A stretch of 63,497 nt of DNA, counting the filler, from Octopus bimaculoides (Eukaryota), in NCBI RefSeq assembly GCF_001194135.2. It is 5 parts of 4 records of this genome, joined end to end, with 100 filler letters (N's around TTAATTAATTAA, not from the genome) between each part and the next. Parts side by side here need not be neighbours in the genome. Positions count along the whole stretch, not along the records: positions 1 to 31,345 come from NC_068985.1; 4 more parts are not named here. One strand, 5' to 3'. Position numbers and translations under genes: made by a program. Below the pieces are notes generated by a model. That model was given only the letters and a program-made list of their open reading frames with translations, had not been told where the DNA came from and ran no database searches. How positions within the stretch are numbered: the first letter of the stretch is position 1; each line of letters opens with the position of its first letter. This document shows, one piece after another, positions 12,753 through 27,117 of this stretch.

Positions 12753-13804
12753 GTTAAAAATTGGTAAAATCCACATTCCTCTTACAAATTAATCCCTTTA
12801 TTACGAGGGAAAATGAAAGTAAACGTTCGTATTTCAACGTAAGCGTCAACCAGCTACCCCAAAAGCGATGGAAGGAATTCGTCACTGGGATATCAGTGTG
12901 GGAGGTTTTGTCATGTAGCCTCACAAGTAAAAATCTGGACTTCTTGGAGGCTATTCATATGGTCCACGTCATCCCATCCAACATCCTGTTTATCTAACCA
13001 TGCACGCGCAACAAGAGCAAAATGATGTGGTGCAACATCCTGCATGAATATCAGGCCACAAATGTAATTTTCGATCATCTGAAGATAGCAGTCCATATTT
13101 ATGCTGTCACGCAGAAAATATGGGCCGGTGTCTCTTGTTGCCGTCATGTCGCACCACACGATCACTTTTGGTCGATATTGCATCCTTTCAACTGTAGATC
13201 CTTATCACACGATGTCCAGTAAATTGCATCTGTGACGATTGATAAAACCAGCAACATGGAATGCAGCCTCGTCAATAGAGAGGATGTTTTCAAACATACC
13301 AGCCTAGCATTAATTCTTCATATTCCATTCTGTCTTCAGGTTTTAGCTCCTGCAGGTAATGGGGTATACACGGACGAAAATTCAATTATTTATGCAACAC
13401 CGCACATAGCTGCTTTTGATTTTTGAGGGCTGCGATTAAACATTGCCACGTTCTCCGCTGATCAGGATGTGATTGGACGGCCACTTCTTGCATTGCTCAC
13501 AAAGCCCGTGGTCATCAGCTTTGCATGACACATTTTTATGGTCTCCAGACGTAGTTTTGCATGCTTATATTTCCATGCATGCCACCATCTCTGAAGTAAA
13601 ACAATGGAATTCCACACTTCATAGCGTGCTGCTATTTTAAATCGCTCGTGAATAGTCAAACGAGCAGCCATCTGCAAATTAGAAATATGAAATAAGACAA
13701 TAAGAAAATAAGAAATCCCCATTAGTGTTGTCTGTTGTTGTCATGACTTCAGTAATACTAAAAATTTTCTAAGCAATTTCTAATGCTGAGTTACTTTCCA
13801 CCTA

Positions 13805-13809
<5 letters not shown>
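12753..13809 (-). mobile_element. IS630-Tc1-mariner element, decayed (same family as 4721-5390)
   Basis: Minus-strand ORF remnants CHAKLMTTGFVSNARSGRPITS and FMQDVAPHHFALVARAWLD. The right TIR matches the TIR at 4721; the left end is homologous to 5200-5365. Confidence 0.85.
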
Positions 13810-13876
<67 letters not shown>

Positions 13877-15053
13877 NNNNNNNNNNNNNNNNNNNNNNNN
13901 NNNNNNNNNNNNNNNNNNNNNNNNNNNNNNNNNNNNNNNNNNNNNNNNNNNNNNNNNNNNNNNNNNNNNNNNNNNNNNNNNNNNNNNNNNNNNNNNNNNN
14001 NNNNNNNNNNNNNNNNNNNNNNNNNNNNNNNNNNNNNNNNNNNNNNNNNNNNNNNNNNNNNNNNNNNNNNNNNNNNNNNNNNNNNNNNNNNNNNNNNNNN
14101 NNNNNNNNNNNNNNNNNNNNNNNNNNNNNNNNNNNNNNNNNNNNNNNNNNNNNNNNNNNNNNNNNNNNNNNNNNNNNNNNNNNNNNNNNNNNNNNNNNNN
14201 NNNNNNNNNNNNNNNNNNNNNNNNNNNNNNNNNNNNNNNNNNNNNNNNNNNNNNNNNNNNNNNNNNNNNNNNNNNNNNNNNNNNNNNNNNNNNNNNNNNN
14301 NNNNNNNNNNNNNNNNNNNNNNNNNNNNNNNNNNNNNNNNNNNNNNNNNNNNNNNNNNNNNNNNNNNNNNNNNNNNNNNNNNNNNNNNNNNNNNNNNNNN
14401 NNNNNNNNNNNNNNNNNNNNNNNNNNNNNNNNNNNNNNNNNNNNNNNNNNNNNNNNNNNNNNNNNNNNNNNNNNNNNNNNNNNNNNNNNNNNNNNNNNNN
14501 NNNNNNNNNNNNNNNNNNNNNNNNNNNNNNNNNNNNNNNNNNNNNNNNNNNNNNNNNNNNNNNNNNNNNNNNNNNNNNNNNNNNNNNNNNNNNNNNNNNN
14601 NNNNNNNNNNNNNNNNNNNNNNNNNNNNNNNNNNNNNNNNNNNNNNNNNNNNNNNNNNNNNNNNNNNNNNNNNNNNNNNNTATATATATATATATATGCA
14701 TGTGCCTGTAGTTATATACACCTCCATAGCTATATACATGATTGTGTATATCTATATGTACAGTTAATTGTTTGCATATACATGACAGCTTTTATGTGCA
14801 GTGAGATATTCGCCCTAGCAGGTACACCTGCTACGAACTTCGCACGAATGCTTTCAAATCTTATTACCACGATTATGTGTATGTCCTTCTACCATATATT
14901 TCAACAATTCTCAAAATTATTATGTGCACTCACATAGGCACACTTGCGTATATGTTCTGCATTGCATTTTTTCATATAGATTCATGTACAGGATTATAAT
15001 ATGTACATATACATATAAATATATATGTCTATATATATTAATATATTGTGTAT

Positions 15054-15094
<41 letters not shown>

Positions 15095-16100
15095 CTCTCT
15101 CACTCTGGCTGTATATATGTAATATATATATATACTTGATTTCATTTACATACATACATACATATATATANNNNNNNNNNNNNNNNNNNNNNNNNNNNNN
15201 NNNNNNNNNNNNNNNNNNNNNNNNNNNNNNNNNNNNNNNNNNNNNNNNNNNNNNNNNNNNNNNNNNNNNNNNNNNNNNNNNNNNNNNNNNNNNNNNNNNN
15301 NNNNNNNNNNNNNNNNNNNNNNNNNNNNNNNNNNNNNNNNNNNNNNNNNNNNNNNNNNNNNNNNNNNNNNNNNNNNNNNNNNNNNNNNNNNNNNNNNNNN
15401 NNNNNNNNNNNNNNNNNNNNNNNNNNNNNNNNNNNNNNNNNNNNNNNNNNNNNNNNNNNNNNNNNNNNNNNNNNNNNNNNNNNNNNNNNNNNNNNNNNNN
15501 NNNNNNNNNNNNNNNNNNNNNNNNNNNNNNNNNNNNNNNNNNNNNNNNNNNNNNNNNNNNNNNNNNNNNNNNNNNNNNNNNNNNNNNNNNNNNNNNNNNN
15601 NNNNNNNNNNNNNNNNNNNNNNNNNNNNNNNNNNNNNNNNNNNNNNNNNNNNNNNNNNNNNNNNNNNNNNNNNNNNNNNNNNNNNNNNNNNNNNNNNNNN
15701 NNNNNNNNNNNNNNNNNNNNNNNNNNNNNNNNNNNNNNNNNNNNNNNNNNNNNNNNNNNNNNNNNNNNNNNNNNNNNNNNNNNNNNNNNNNNNNNNNNNN
15801 NNNNNNNNNNNNNNNNNNNNNNNNNNNNNNNNNNNNNNNNNNNNNNNNNNNNNNNNNNNNNNNNNNNNNNNNNNNNNNNNNNNNNNNNNNNNNNNNNNNN
15901 NNNNNNNNNNNNNNNNNNNNNNNNNNNNNNNNNNNNNNNNNNNNNNNNNNNNNNNNNNNNNNNNNNNNNNNNNNNNNNNNNNNNNNNNNNNNNNNNNNNN
16001 NNNNNNNNNNNNNNNNNNNNNNNNNNNNNNNNNNNNNNNNNNNNNNNNNNNNNNNNNNNNNNNNNNNNNNNNNNNNNNNTATATATATACACACACACAC

Positions 16101-16205
<105 letters not shown>

Positions 16206-16228
16206 CGGATACATACATACGTGCATAT

Positions 16229-16392
16229 ATGAGAGGTTGTATATTAAACATCTTGCTTCCCATCCACATGCTTTCAGGTTCGGTCCCATTGCGTGGCACC
16301 TTCAGCGAATGTTTTCTACTATAGCCACGGGCTATAGTATAAGCCTTGTGATTGGATTTGGTAAACGGTAACTGAAAGAAGCTCGTCGTACA
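16229..16392 (+). mobile_element. tRNA-derived SINE, left arm of an inverted pair
   Basis: Homologous to 61746-61905 (ccacatg..ggttc.gtccca.tgcgtggcacc..aagccttgtga.tggatttgg..actgaa.gaa..cgtcgta). Confidence 0.8.
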
Positions 16393-16445
16393 TACGTGTT
16401 CTGTGTGTTTGTGTGTGTATATATATACATATATGCGTTTATATA

Positions 16446-16599
16446 TGTACGACGAACTTCTTTCAGTTACCGTTTGGCAAATCCACTCACAAGGCTTATA
16501 CTATTGCCCGTGGCTATTGTAGAAAACATTCGCCACGCAATGGGACTGAACCAGAAATCATGTGGATGGGAAGCAAGATTTTTAATATACAACCACTCA
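16446..16599 (-). mobile_element. tRNA-derived SINE, right arm of an inverted pair
   Basis: Reverse complement is about 93% identical to 16229-16392 by manual alignment, with one 9-nt deletion. Confidence 0.8.
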
Positions 16600-18269
16600 T
16601 ATATGCCTATTGGTATGTATGTATTATCTATCTATCTATCTATATATANNNNNNNNNNNNNNNNNNNNNNNNNNNNNNNNNNNNNNNNNNNNNNNNNNNN
16701 NNNNNNNNNNNNNNNNNNNNNNNNNNNNNNNNNNNNNNNNNNNNNNNNNNNNNNNNNNNNNNNNNNNNNNNNNNNNNNNNNNNNNNNNNNNNNNNNNNNN
16801 NNNNNNNNNNNNNNNNNNNNNNNNNNNNNNNNNNNNNNNNNNNNNNNNNNNNNNNNNNNNNNNNNNNNNNNNNNNNNNNNNNNNNNNNNNNNNNNNNNNN
16901 NNNNNNNNNNNNNNNNNNNNNNNNNNNNNNNNNNNNNNNNNNNNNNNNNNNNNNNNNNNNNNNNNNNNNNNNNNNNNNNNNNNNNNNNNNNNNNNNNNNN
17001 NNNNNNNNNNNNNNNNNNNNNNNNNNNNNNNNNNNNNNNNNNNNNNNNNNNNNNNNNNNNNNNNNNNNNNNNNNNNNNNNNNNNNNNNNNNNNNNNNNNN
17101 NNNNNNNNNNNNNNNNNNNNNNNNNNNNNNNNNNNNNNNNNNNNNNNNNNNNNNNNNNNNNNNNNNNNNNNNNNNNNNNNNNNNNNNNNNNNNNNNNNNN
17201 NNNNNNNNNNNNNNNNNNNNNNNNNNNNNNNNNNNNNNNNNNNNNNNNNNNNNNNNNNNNNNNNNNNNNNNNNNNNNNNNNNNNNNNNNNNNNNNNNNNN
17301 NNNNNNNNNNNNNNNNNNNNNNNNNNNNNNNNNNNNNNNNNTATATATATTTATATATTTATATATGTATATATATAGTTAAAAAATGTAGGCTGAATAG
17401 AATGAAAGAATGTTTAAAGATAGTTGTATATATGTTATATTGTTACATTTAGTGACTTTTTGAAAATATTGCCATTTTCGATGTGCATATCAAAAGTTAA
17501 AATGTGAAATTCAAAAATTAGTTAATGAGCAAATATTAGAAATTCAAATCTGTTTTTTTTTTTCTCATAGTTTGTGCATAGTTAAAAATATGTGTGCAAT
17601 TTTTTCTTAGAATCGCTTCTTGCATATATTATCTATGTAGGTGTCAGACATGAAGTTCTAATGTTCTAGTTTCAGGATTTCTATTGAACTGAAAAAGATA
17701 CTTTTGAATAAAAAGTAAATTTCTATTCAGTGTGTGTGAATTTTTTTTCATATGCTGTTTTGGCGAAGGAAGTATTTTTGTGTGAAAACAACTTTAATTT
17801 CATTTTCGTCCAGAAAATGGTCAGCTCCATGTATATATCCTGTTAAATGGATTACAGGATGGGTCAAGAATTTTATTGCATTGAATGAAAACTTATTTTT
17901 CTATTGAGAATATGGTCAGTTGTGTATATATATTGCGTTAAACATGTTTTAAGGATGGTCAACAATTTGAAAGTATTTGAAAGGAATTATTTTTCGTTTG
18001 CTCTGTGCTGTGTGTATTTTATTTGTTTTCTTTTTTTGCGTGTGTATTTGGTACTTCTGAGGTGGGGAAAGGTTTGGGAATATGTTGTGTCGGGTGAGTG
18101 TGTGTATGTTTTTGCGATGCATCTGTCTGTTTTGCTTTTTTTAATATGTTGTTTGGGAGAATGAATTTTGTTTCATTTATTATTGAATTGAAGAGTAGAA
18201 TTCTTTACGGGTATGTATGAAGTAAACTATAGATCCATATTTATTGGTTAATGGTGAAAGTTTCCATAT

Positions 18270-19510
18270 TTAATTGAGGCTTATATTTCTTAATGAATTA
18301 TTTTTCTTTATTTATCCAGCGTTGTTAGTTAAAAGAGTCCAAGCACTTCTAGAGTGTGGATTTTAAAGTTGGGTATGTCCATTCCTGCAGAATTTGCATT
18401 GTGACTACGTCAATTAATTTTCTTTGCTTTCTCGTCTCAGATGTGTTGGTGGTCATTGGTCATTCTTTTGCGTGGTGACAAGCCCGTCTGTCCTATGTAA
18501 TTTTGCTGGCATCCCACCACATGTAATTATGCAGATTAAATTTAAATTATCTGAGTCACGATTGAAGTTCGATGTTACTTTAACTGTTTTTCCGCCTTTA
18601 GATTTGAATTCTGATCCTTCAGCTAGGTATATGCAGGTGCCACAATCTATTCTTTCGCATTTCATCTCCGTTGGATTGGGAGTAAGTTTAAGTCTTCTTC
18701 TTTCAGTGAGATTTTGTTTGAGTATTTTGAGCGGTTTCTTACATTTGATGATTTGGTGTGTTAGCAGAATATTTTCACTTTTTCACCTTCAAATAGAATG
18801 CGGATGTGGTCAAATGTATCGATTTTCTGGGGTACAAGTTTGACACATATGGTAAAATATGTACCCTTGTTTTGAATATGTTTTCCTTAGTTCCTGGATA
18901 TCAGTATATTTTTATCTGTCTCTTCCACTGGTGAATAAGTCTATTGGGAATGCTCTTTCGATCAGCATGTTCTTTAGTTCATCCAGTCTTTCTTCACGCT
19001 TAGATGAGTTTGATACTTTCCTATATATTCACTTTGCTACATTGAATGCAATGTTGAATTTCATGTGTTTGCGCGATATATGAACAAAAGCTAATGTGTT
19101 GGTTTATTGAACATGCCTGTGTCAATTTTTCCCTCCGGGTAAATGATTGGGAAATCTCTAGAAGTGCAATTTCATTGGGGTAAAACGGCACTGTGAATTG
19201 GATATTGATTGTTATTTTGTTCACTATATTTTTTTAAATTCTATATGTGTATGAAGTTATGCCAGCCATAAGATAAAGCAATCATCCAGGTACCTTATCC
19301 AATTACTTTTATGTTGTGCATGAAGTATGTCACCGAATATAAGAAGAGATTTTTGCAAATCTTCAGTTCACGGAATCCCATGACTAGATTGGCATGAGTG
19401 CGAGCTACATTCGTACCCATTGCAGTTCCTAACAATTTTTGGTATGCTAATCCACTGAAGATGAAATGGTTATTCTATAGAATTACCTTCAAGAATGATT
19501 AAATTACCTA
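18270..19510 (-). mobile_element. Penelope-like retroelement, decayed RT + GIY-YIG endonuclease
   Basis: Minus-strand motifs in the expected order: GTAMGT..ANLVMG (19412-19429), WIRYLDDCFILW (~19266-19301), ELKNMLIERAFP, KCERIDCGTC, GCQQNYIGQTG (18484-18513), FIKKYKPQLN (~18270-18300). Non-coding 3' sequence probably extends toward ~17900. Confidence 0.88.
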
Positions 19511-19832
19511 ATTCAATGAATTGTATTATATAATTGTCATTAATGTATTGATAAATGAAATAACACACACAACTCATTATTATCATGTAATAAACAAACA
19601 GAACTCCATGGATAAAAATGATCATTTTTCTACTTCTATTGTTATATATTTGTCTCTTATAAACATTATATCATTGCCATTAATGTATAGATACATAAGA
19701 TAACACATACACCATATGTATTATTGTCATATTATAAACGAACACGAGGTCATGTATGATATCTATCCTTCTTCTACTTCAATTATTACATGATTTTCTC
19801 TTCTATAAATACACACATACAGAAAACATGGA

Positions 19833-19976
19833 ATATGAACTTTTTGGCGAAAAGCGAAAGAAACAAATGGGAAACAAGACAAGTAACATAAGCAGCCGAC
19901 AACTGATGAAGGGTCATTCTTTACGTTACTTGTCTTGTTTTCCATTTGTTTTTTGCTGTTCGCAAAAAATTTCGTA
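19833..19976. repeat. ~60-bp imperfect inverted repeat with CTGATGAAGGG in the loop
   Basis: aaacaaatgggaaacaagacaagtaacataa pairs with ttacgttacttgtcttgttttccatttgttt. Loop 19893-19919. Confidence 0.8.
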
Positions 19977-22109
19977 TTCAATATTTTCGTATTTCATGTT
20001 GCTTACGTTTTATGTGCATATGTATATACATATATATGTAAGTATGTACATATATGTATGTATATATGCATATATATATATATATATATANNNNNNNNNN
20101 NNNNNNNNNNNNNNNNNNNNNNNNNNNNNNNNNNNNNNNNNNNNNNNNNNNNNNNNNNNNNNNNNNNNNNNNNNNNNNNNNNNNNNNNNNNNNNNNNNNN
20201 NNNNNNNNNNNNNNNNNNNNNNNNNNNNNNNNNNNNNNNNNNNNNNNNNNNNNNNNNNNNNNNNNNNNNNNNNNNNNNNNNNNNNNNNNNNNNNNNNNNN
20301 NNNNNNNNNNNNNNNNNNNNNNNNNNNNNNNNNNNNNNNNNNNNNNNNNNNNNNNNNNNNNNNNNNNNNNNNNNNNNNNNNNNNNNNNNNNNNNNNNNNN
20401 NNNNNNNNNNNNNNNNNNNNNNNNNNNNNNNNNNNNNNNNNNNNNNNNNNNNNNNNNNNNNNNNNNNNNNNNNNNNNNNNNNNNNNNNNNNNNNNNNNNN
20501 NNNNNNNNNNNNNNNNNNNNNNNNNNNNNNNNNNNNNNNNNNNNNNNNNNNNNNNNNNNNNNNNNNNNNNNNNNNNNNNNNNNNNNNNNNNNNNNNNNNN
20601 NNNNNNNNNNNNNNNNNNNNNNNNNNNNNNNNNNNNNNNNNNNNNNNNNNNNNNNNNNNNNNNNNNNNNNNNNNNNNNNNNNNNNNNNNNNNNNNNNNNN
20701 NNNNNNNNNNNNNNNNNNNNNNNNNNNNNNNNNNNNNNNNNNNNNNNNNNNNNNNNNNNNNNNNNNNNNNNNNNNNNNNNNNNNNNNNNNNNNNNNNNNN
20801 NNNNNNNNNNNNNNNNNNNNNNNNNNNNNNNNNNNNNNNNNNNNNNNNNNNNNNNNNNNNNNNNNNNNNNNNNNNNNNNNNNNNNNNNNNNNNNNNNNNN
20901 NNNNNNNNNNNNNNNNNNNNNNNNTATATATATACTATTTATGTGATATTACGATTGAACGCCACGCATCCATTCCAAGTAAATACATATCTGTTGATTT
21001 TCACCTTATATTTATTTGTAACCCAAACGCAATATTTCAATCACGCGTGTTCAGAAACAACATTTAATTTTTTTACGTGAAACATTTCTATATTCTTCAT
21101 TTGCACCACAACCTCCATAAAATCATCTCAGTCCTCCATCAACCTTCAATTTTTTTCATCTCCGTTAAATGATTTTCATGCTTCATCTCAGATCTTAGAT
21201 TCGCTTATATGAACCTGGTCCCAGATACACTCAGATTATTAGATGCAGTGGATTCTAGAGAAGCAAACCGAAGTAAAATTGATTTGAACATTTTTATTCA
21301 TTGATTTACCTGATTATTGCTAATATACGTGATTCCTCAATGCGTCAGTACTTTCACAGGAAAGCACAAGCAATTTTCGATAGCTGCACATAACTTCATA
21401 TGCATGTAATGATTTACATTTGTCTCCCATATCATTTCCACCACAAACACGATCTAACACCCATACATAATTAACGTTGTCTCGCACGCGTCCTCCACAA
21501 ATCAAATCAAAATATTCAAAATGTTCACGTTACAGTGTAACATCACAATTCCAACAATTTTATGTATCATCTCCAAAGTTCACAACTATATACAGCAATC
21601 ACAGGCCATATCGTAGTTCACCTATAGCGCTCCCAATACATCGAGGAATTTTCTGTTAAAATAAGCACGTTCACACCTGAAAATTAATAAATGAATAAAT
21701 AAAAGTTCATACAGTACTACACAGTATAACACATTAATTAAAATATATTAAAAGAAAATATGTAGTGTACCATAAATAAGTAAACAAAGAATCGCGCATA
21801 CTATATCGAAAACGAATCTCGGGAGGCGAGTGTAAGGTGTGTATTTGCATTTATTATAATATGAATATATACAACATATAAAAAAATATACAGTACAGTA
21901 CTGATTCTACTTCGTAGATTTTCACATCGCGCGAGGACTTTTGAAAAGTGACATCTGTGGTAGTCGAGGGATTACTGTAAATCATTATTCACTGCGTTGG
22001 AGTGCACTTTCAATTTCAGAATATAATGCATGCATCCTTCAGTTCATCCGTCCATTCATCCTACTTACAGTAATTAATACGTACATACATGCGCAACGAC
22101 AATTATATA

Positions 22110-23313
22110 TTGGGTTGACAAGAAAGTAATTTTGTTTCTCATAAATAGAAAGAGTTACGATTTTTTCAATGATTTTTGTCAATGTTATGATCTTTTTCTT
22201 TTGAAATTTCATAGCCGTTACTTATAGCTTATTTGAGAAGCAAATTGCGCGTAATTTTGTTTACAGCTGTTAATTCAGTGTCAATTTTAATATGGAATAC
22301 AAAGACGAACATTTTCGCAATATTTTGCATATATTTTTTATTTCCGTAAAAGCAAGAAAGCTGCTGAGGCTTACAAAGAGATATGTGAAGTTTATGGTAT
22401 TGATTGCTTAACAGAACGCACATGTCAGAAATGGTTTTAAAAATTCCGTTCTGGAGATTTTTCACTCAAGGATGACCAACGTTCTGGTCGACTTAATGAA
22501 GTTGATGATGATCGAATCAAAGCCATAATTGAATCTGATTGCCATATAAATGTGCGACAGATTACAGAGAGGTATCACACACAGCAATTGAAAATTACAT
22601 AAAATATCTTGGACTCGTTTAGAAGGTCGATATTTGGGTTCCACATAAATTGAAAGATATTTACTTAACACAACGATTCGATATTTGCGATATGTATCTC
22701 AAACGCATTACAATTGACCTTCTTTTTAAACAAATCATCACAGGTGATGAAAAATGGATTGTCTACAATAATATCAATCGAAAACGATCGTAGTCCAAGC
22801 ATAATGAATCAGCACAAACCACATCGAAAGCTGTATTGCCTAAAACAAATGTCATGCTGTCAATTTAGTGGGATTAGAAAGGTGTTGTATATTTTGAGCT
22901 GCTTCCAAGGAACTAAACGTTCAATTCAGATGTATACTGTCAACAACTAATGAAACTGGAGGAAGCAATCGAAGAAAAACCGTCAGAATTAGCAAATCGT
23001 ACAGGAATCGTGTTCCACCCTGACAACGCTAGACCACACACGTCTTTGCTAAATCGGGGAAATTATTGGAGCTTGGTTGGCATGTGATGTCACATCCACT
23101 ATATAGACTTCATCTTAAACCCTCAGAATACAATTTATTTTGAAGTTTGCAAAATTCTTTGAATGTTTAAACATTCAATAATCATGATGACCTGAAATCG
23201 CAATTGCTTCAGTTCTTGACTCATAAGAACCAGAAGCGAAATATCATGAAGTTGCTACAAAAATAGCAAAAGGTCATCGAACAAAATGGAAAACATATAA
23301 TTGATTTACCCAA
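22110..23313 (+). mobile_element. mariner (DD34D-type) transposon, near full length, pseudogenised
   Basis: TA-ttggg..cccaa-TA termini. Broken ORF from ATG 22292: MEYKDEHFR..ICEVYG..RTCQKWF..FRSGDFSLKD..RSGR, IITGDEKWIVYNN, FHPDNARPHTS and a degenerate HPPYSPDL motif. Confidence 0.92.
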
Positions 23314-24909
23314 TATATATACACACACACATACAATAACATAAGCACACACACACACACATATATATATATATACGTGTATATATATTATTTGTATTTA
23401 CATTTCTATTTCTATTCATATATTTATATATATTTGTATAAATATACATACATGTATGTATGTATGTATGTATGTATGTATGTATGTATGTATGTATGCA
23501 AGTATACATGTGTGCACTGATAAATATCTTATGGCAAATATGATGTAAGCTTGGGTGTTTTCAAGTAAACTTCAATTAGTGGTGCTCATGACTTCTAATT
23601 CAAAGTATATTTCTCAAAATCGAAAAAGACTTATATGATTATGGTGCTGAATGACTTTTCAAAGCTGGAATCAATAAAGAACCAACAATTGCTAGAACAA
23701 TCCACACATTCTTCAAAGAATTTGTATCTCTGATTTCTACTACAATAAACATGAACAAAACCAACATTTTGAACTTTATTGGCTTTTCTTGCTAACTCAA
23801 CTTACTAAACATGGAATTAGCTTTATAAACTCCAAACTCTCCTGGTAAGCATTATTAATAATGAAACCTATCTTTCTAGCCATGAGAATTGCAGTTTTCC
23901 TTCTCAAATCTATAGTGTACATTACCTTGGCTATAACGAAAATTTCTCACAGTGTGTATAGTTTAAATAAGATGGCGTTGTCCAATTAGACTTAACTTTT
24001 CTAGTGGCGGGAAGTTTTTACGCTGTGATGTGAGAAGTTTGCCTTCCACATCTACCTGATTGGGTGATGAAACATGCTCTTGATTTTTGACTTGCTGTAC
24101 TTTATCTCATATATAATATCAAGTTTCTTCAATATCAATATGTCTGTGTCTAGGTTTTTTGTTGATTACATTAACAGCGATGCATATTAATAATACGGTC
24201 TGTTGAGCACATATGCAAGTAAGAAATATCGGGACTTCGATTATTTCCAAAATTTCCGTCATTACAAATAGCCATAGAGTATTGAAATATGTTGATTAGG
24301 AAAAATATAGGGATTGTCAATCATCATGCTCTTTTCTAGCAAACGAAATAGATTAAAAAATTAATCAGTTTGAGGGCTTTATGAGCGTTATAATAAACTT
24401 CTCTATTCATTGTAGGTACTGCGATTACTTCTTATATAGAATGGTCATGAAAACATCGATTGTCCTGAAGATTGATTCTTGTTGATTCTTGTTGAACATT
24501 AAAAAGTACTGTAAGGCACATACTCCCAAACTACTCCAGCCTGACAATTCCGTCCTTTGGGGGCCCACATAGTACTACACTTATTGATGAACCTCTTCAA
24601 TAGGTTAGGTATGCTCTATGGGAAATGTGGACGGTGTTTGTAATACGCCGAACGTTCGCACAGATTTCCTGATGTAAATGCACATTTATTTAGAATTAAG
24701 TGATATTCCACGCGAAATTTCCCGTCCTTTCTGTGCATACAAATTTGTATTCCTAAATGCGCAACTGATTGCTATAACACATTCGCTTCAAATGAGAACA
24801 TCCAATGAATGTGAGATGTGAGAGCTATAGGGTGGACAAAGTATGAGAACATTTGGCAAAACTGACTGTCGCATACGATTACATACCTCAAAGGATTCCT
24901 CAGAATTCA

Positions 24910-25171
<262 letters not shown>

Positions 25172-26504
25172 CTTATTTCTTCACGTGAAAAACTTGCTTC
25201 ACCTCCCAAGAGAATTGTTCCCTAGGTTTCCAATTTCTTTTATCATAGTAATTATTTTTTTACGAATTTCGTATATCCCTATAAATGTATTGTAGCAAAA
25301 ATATCATTATATAAGAAATAATTCATTAAACTGTTTAATGCGTTAGATCAGACAGAATGAACGGAAGCATATTTTGCTGTTAATTATGGATTTATTAATT
25401 TATTATTCAATACTTCCAGACAGCTGCTTTTGTCAAAAGGAGGACAATAACATACAAATAATAAAAAAAAAATACAAATATGTATATTATTATTATCTTG
25501 TAATTTCGTTTTGAACATCATCAATGGAATATAATTGAACTTAAAAGACGTTTAAAATCAATACCCTGAGATTTTTCTTAGCTATAATAACACAAAAGGA
25601 GTAGTTCCTTACACTTTCAACTTGCAATAAAATATTAAGGCTCTATAAAACAATCGTAACACTTCTATTTTCACTATGTCTTATTGTTTAGTCTTAGCTC
25701 CCTCCCTACTATAAGTAGATAAAAAATCTCTATCCTATATGCCTAACATATTGGTCAAATAGAAATGCATGTATATTTATATATAATACTAAACAAGTAT
25801 GTACATCTTATTTCGACGTCAGATTTAAATTAGTCATCTATCTCTATTTTATACTTTGTAAACAAGCAAATGAAAATATCTATAGTTTATTATGTTCTTT
25901 ATATGTAGCAATTAATAATCAATACTATTATTAAATTACAGTAAAACCTAAAATAATGCATAGGTAAATATATGTAATATGAATATGAACAAAATAGTTG
26001 CAATATTTGTTTAAGAAAAAATATCCATGTGTTAAAAACATTTTTATGCTTCAAAAAGCGTAGTTATAGGCATGGGGATAATACTTTCAGTAGTTTACGA
26101 TCGAGTAAGAAATATAGGTATTTATGTTTTAGCTATTCGATATAATTCACTGAAATTAAATAAGAAAAAGGAAAAATTAAAACTCAACATTATATCGAAA
26201 TTTTATCTATAAACTAGTTGTTCATAAATCGGTATAGGGGAGATAACAAATAATATACATGTTTAAAAAACATTGACTGTACCCAAATAAATGATGCTTA
26301 ACAAATAACATATTAAAATTAATATTCTAAATAAGACATAAGGAAAACGGGGGTGATTATTAAATAAATATATGTTTCACAGTATAACTTATCAGGATGA
26401 GGAGAATGTTCGTGTGCAGTGTTAAAGTAACGCTTTTTTTTCAATATAATGTTGTAGTGTGTATGTTCATTAAGTTCATGTTATGTTCAATAGTTGCTCA
26501 CTGT

Positions 26505-26800
26505 GTTCGTCGAAAAAGCAATTTGTTTCAACAAGGCAATGCAGAGCCGTTTACCGCCAGAAAGACCAGCAACAAGATTGAAGAAAGGGACGGTGTGGAA
26601 GTTCTGCCGCATCCAGTCTCTAGTCCAGACGTTGGTCCATCTGAGTATGGCCTATTCCGATCCATGCAGCACTTTATGAAAAGTCACCGATTTGAGTCAT
26701 TCGATGAAGTTGTAGAAACCTGTCAAGAATTTTTCGATTCAAAACCAAGGGAAAGCTTGCTGATCGTTGGCAGAAGGACGGGGAAAATGATGGTCTTTAT
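26505..26800 (+). mobile_element. mariner transposase 3' fragment
   Basis: LFQQGNAEPFTARKT..EVLPHPVSSPDVGPSEYGLFRSMQHF..FESFDEV..FFDSK. Confidence 0.85.
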
Positions 26801-26907
26801 TTTGAAGAATAGTTGTTGTTTTTTAATAAATTCACGAAATCTTTCCTCAACCTTGTATTTTCATCGTACAATAAAGCTTAATTTCAAATAGGTGCACATT
26901 ACCTCTA

Positions 26908-26995
<88 letters not shown>

Positions 26996-27117
26996 TAGAT
27001 AGATAGATAGATATAGGAGACAATTCCTAAAATGTAATTAGTATACCTATAACTTACTTAAAATATACCCACATAGACAAAAAAATCATACATATACGTA
27101 TAAGTTATACGATAAGG

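Noticed and set aside
14816-14833. Palindrome tagcaggt-ac-acctgcta (also tgctactggtagca near 10128)
   Set aside because: Isolated 8-bp arms are expected occasionally in 63 kb, and there is no supporting context.
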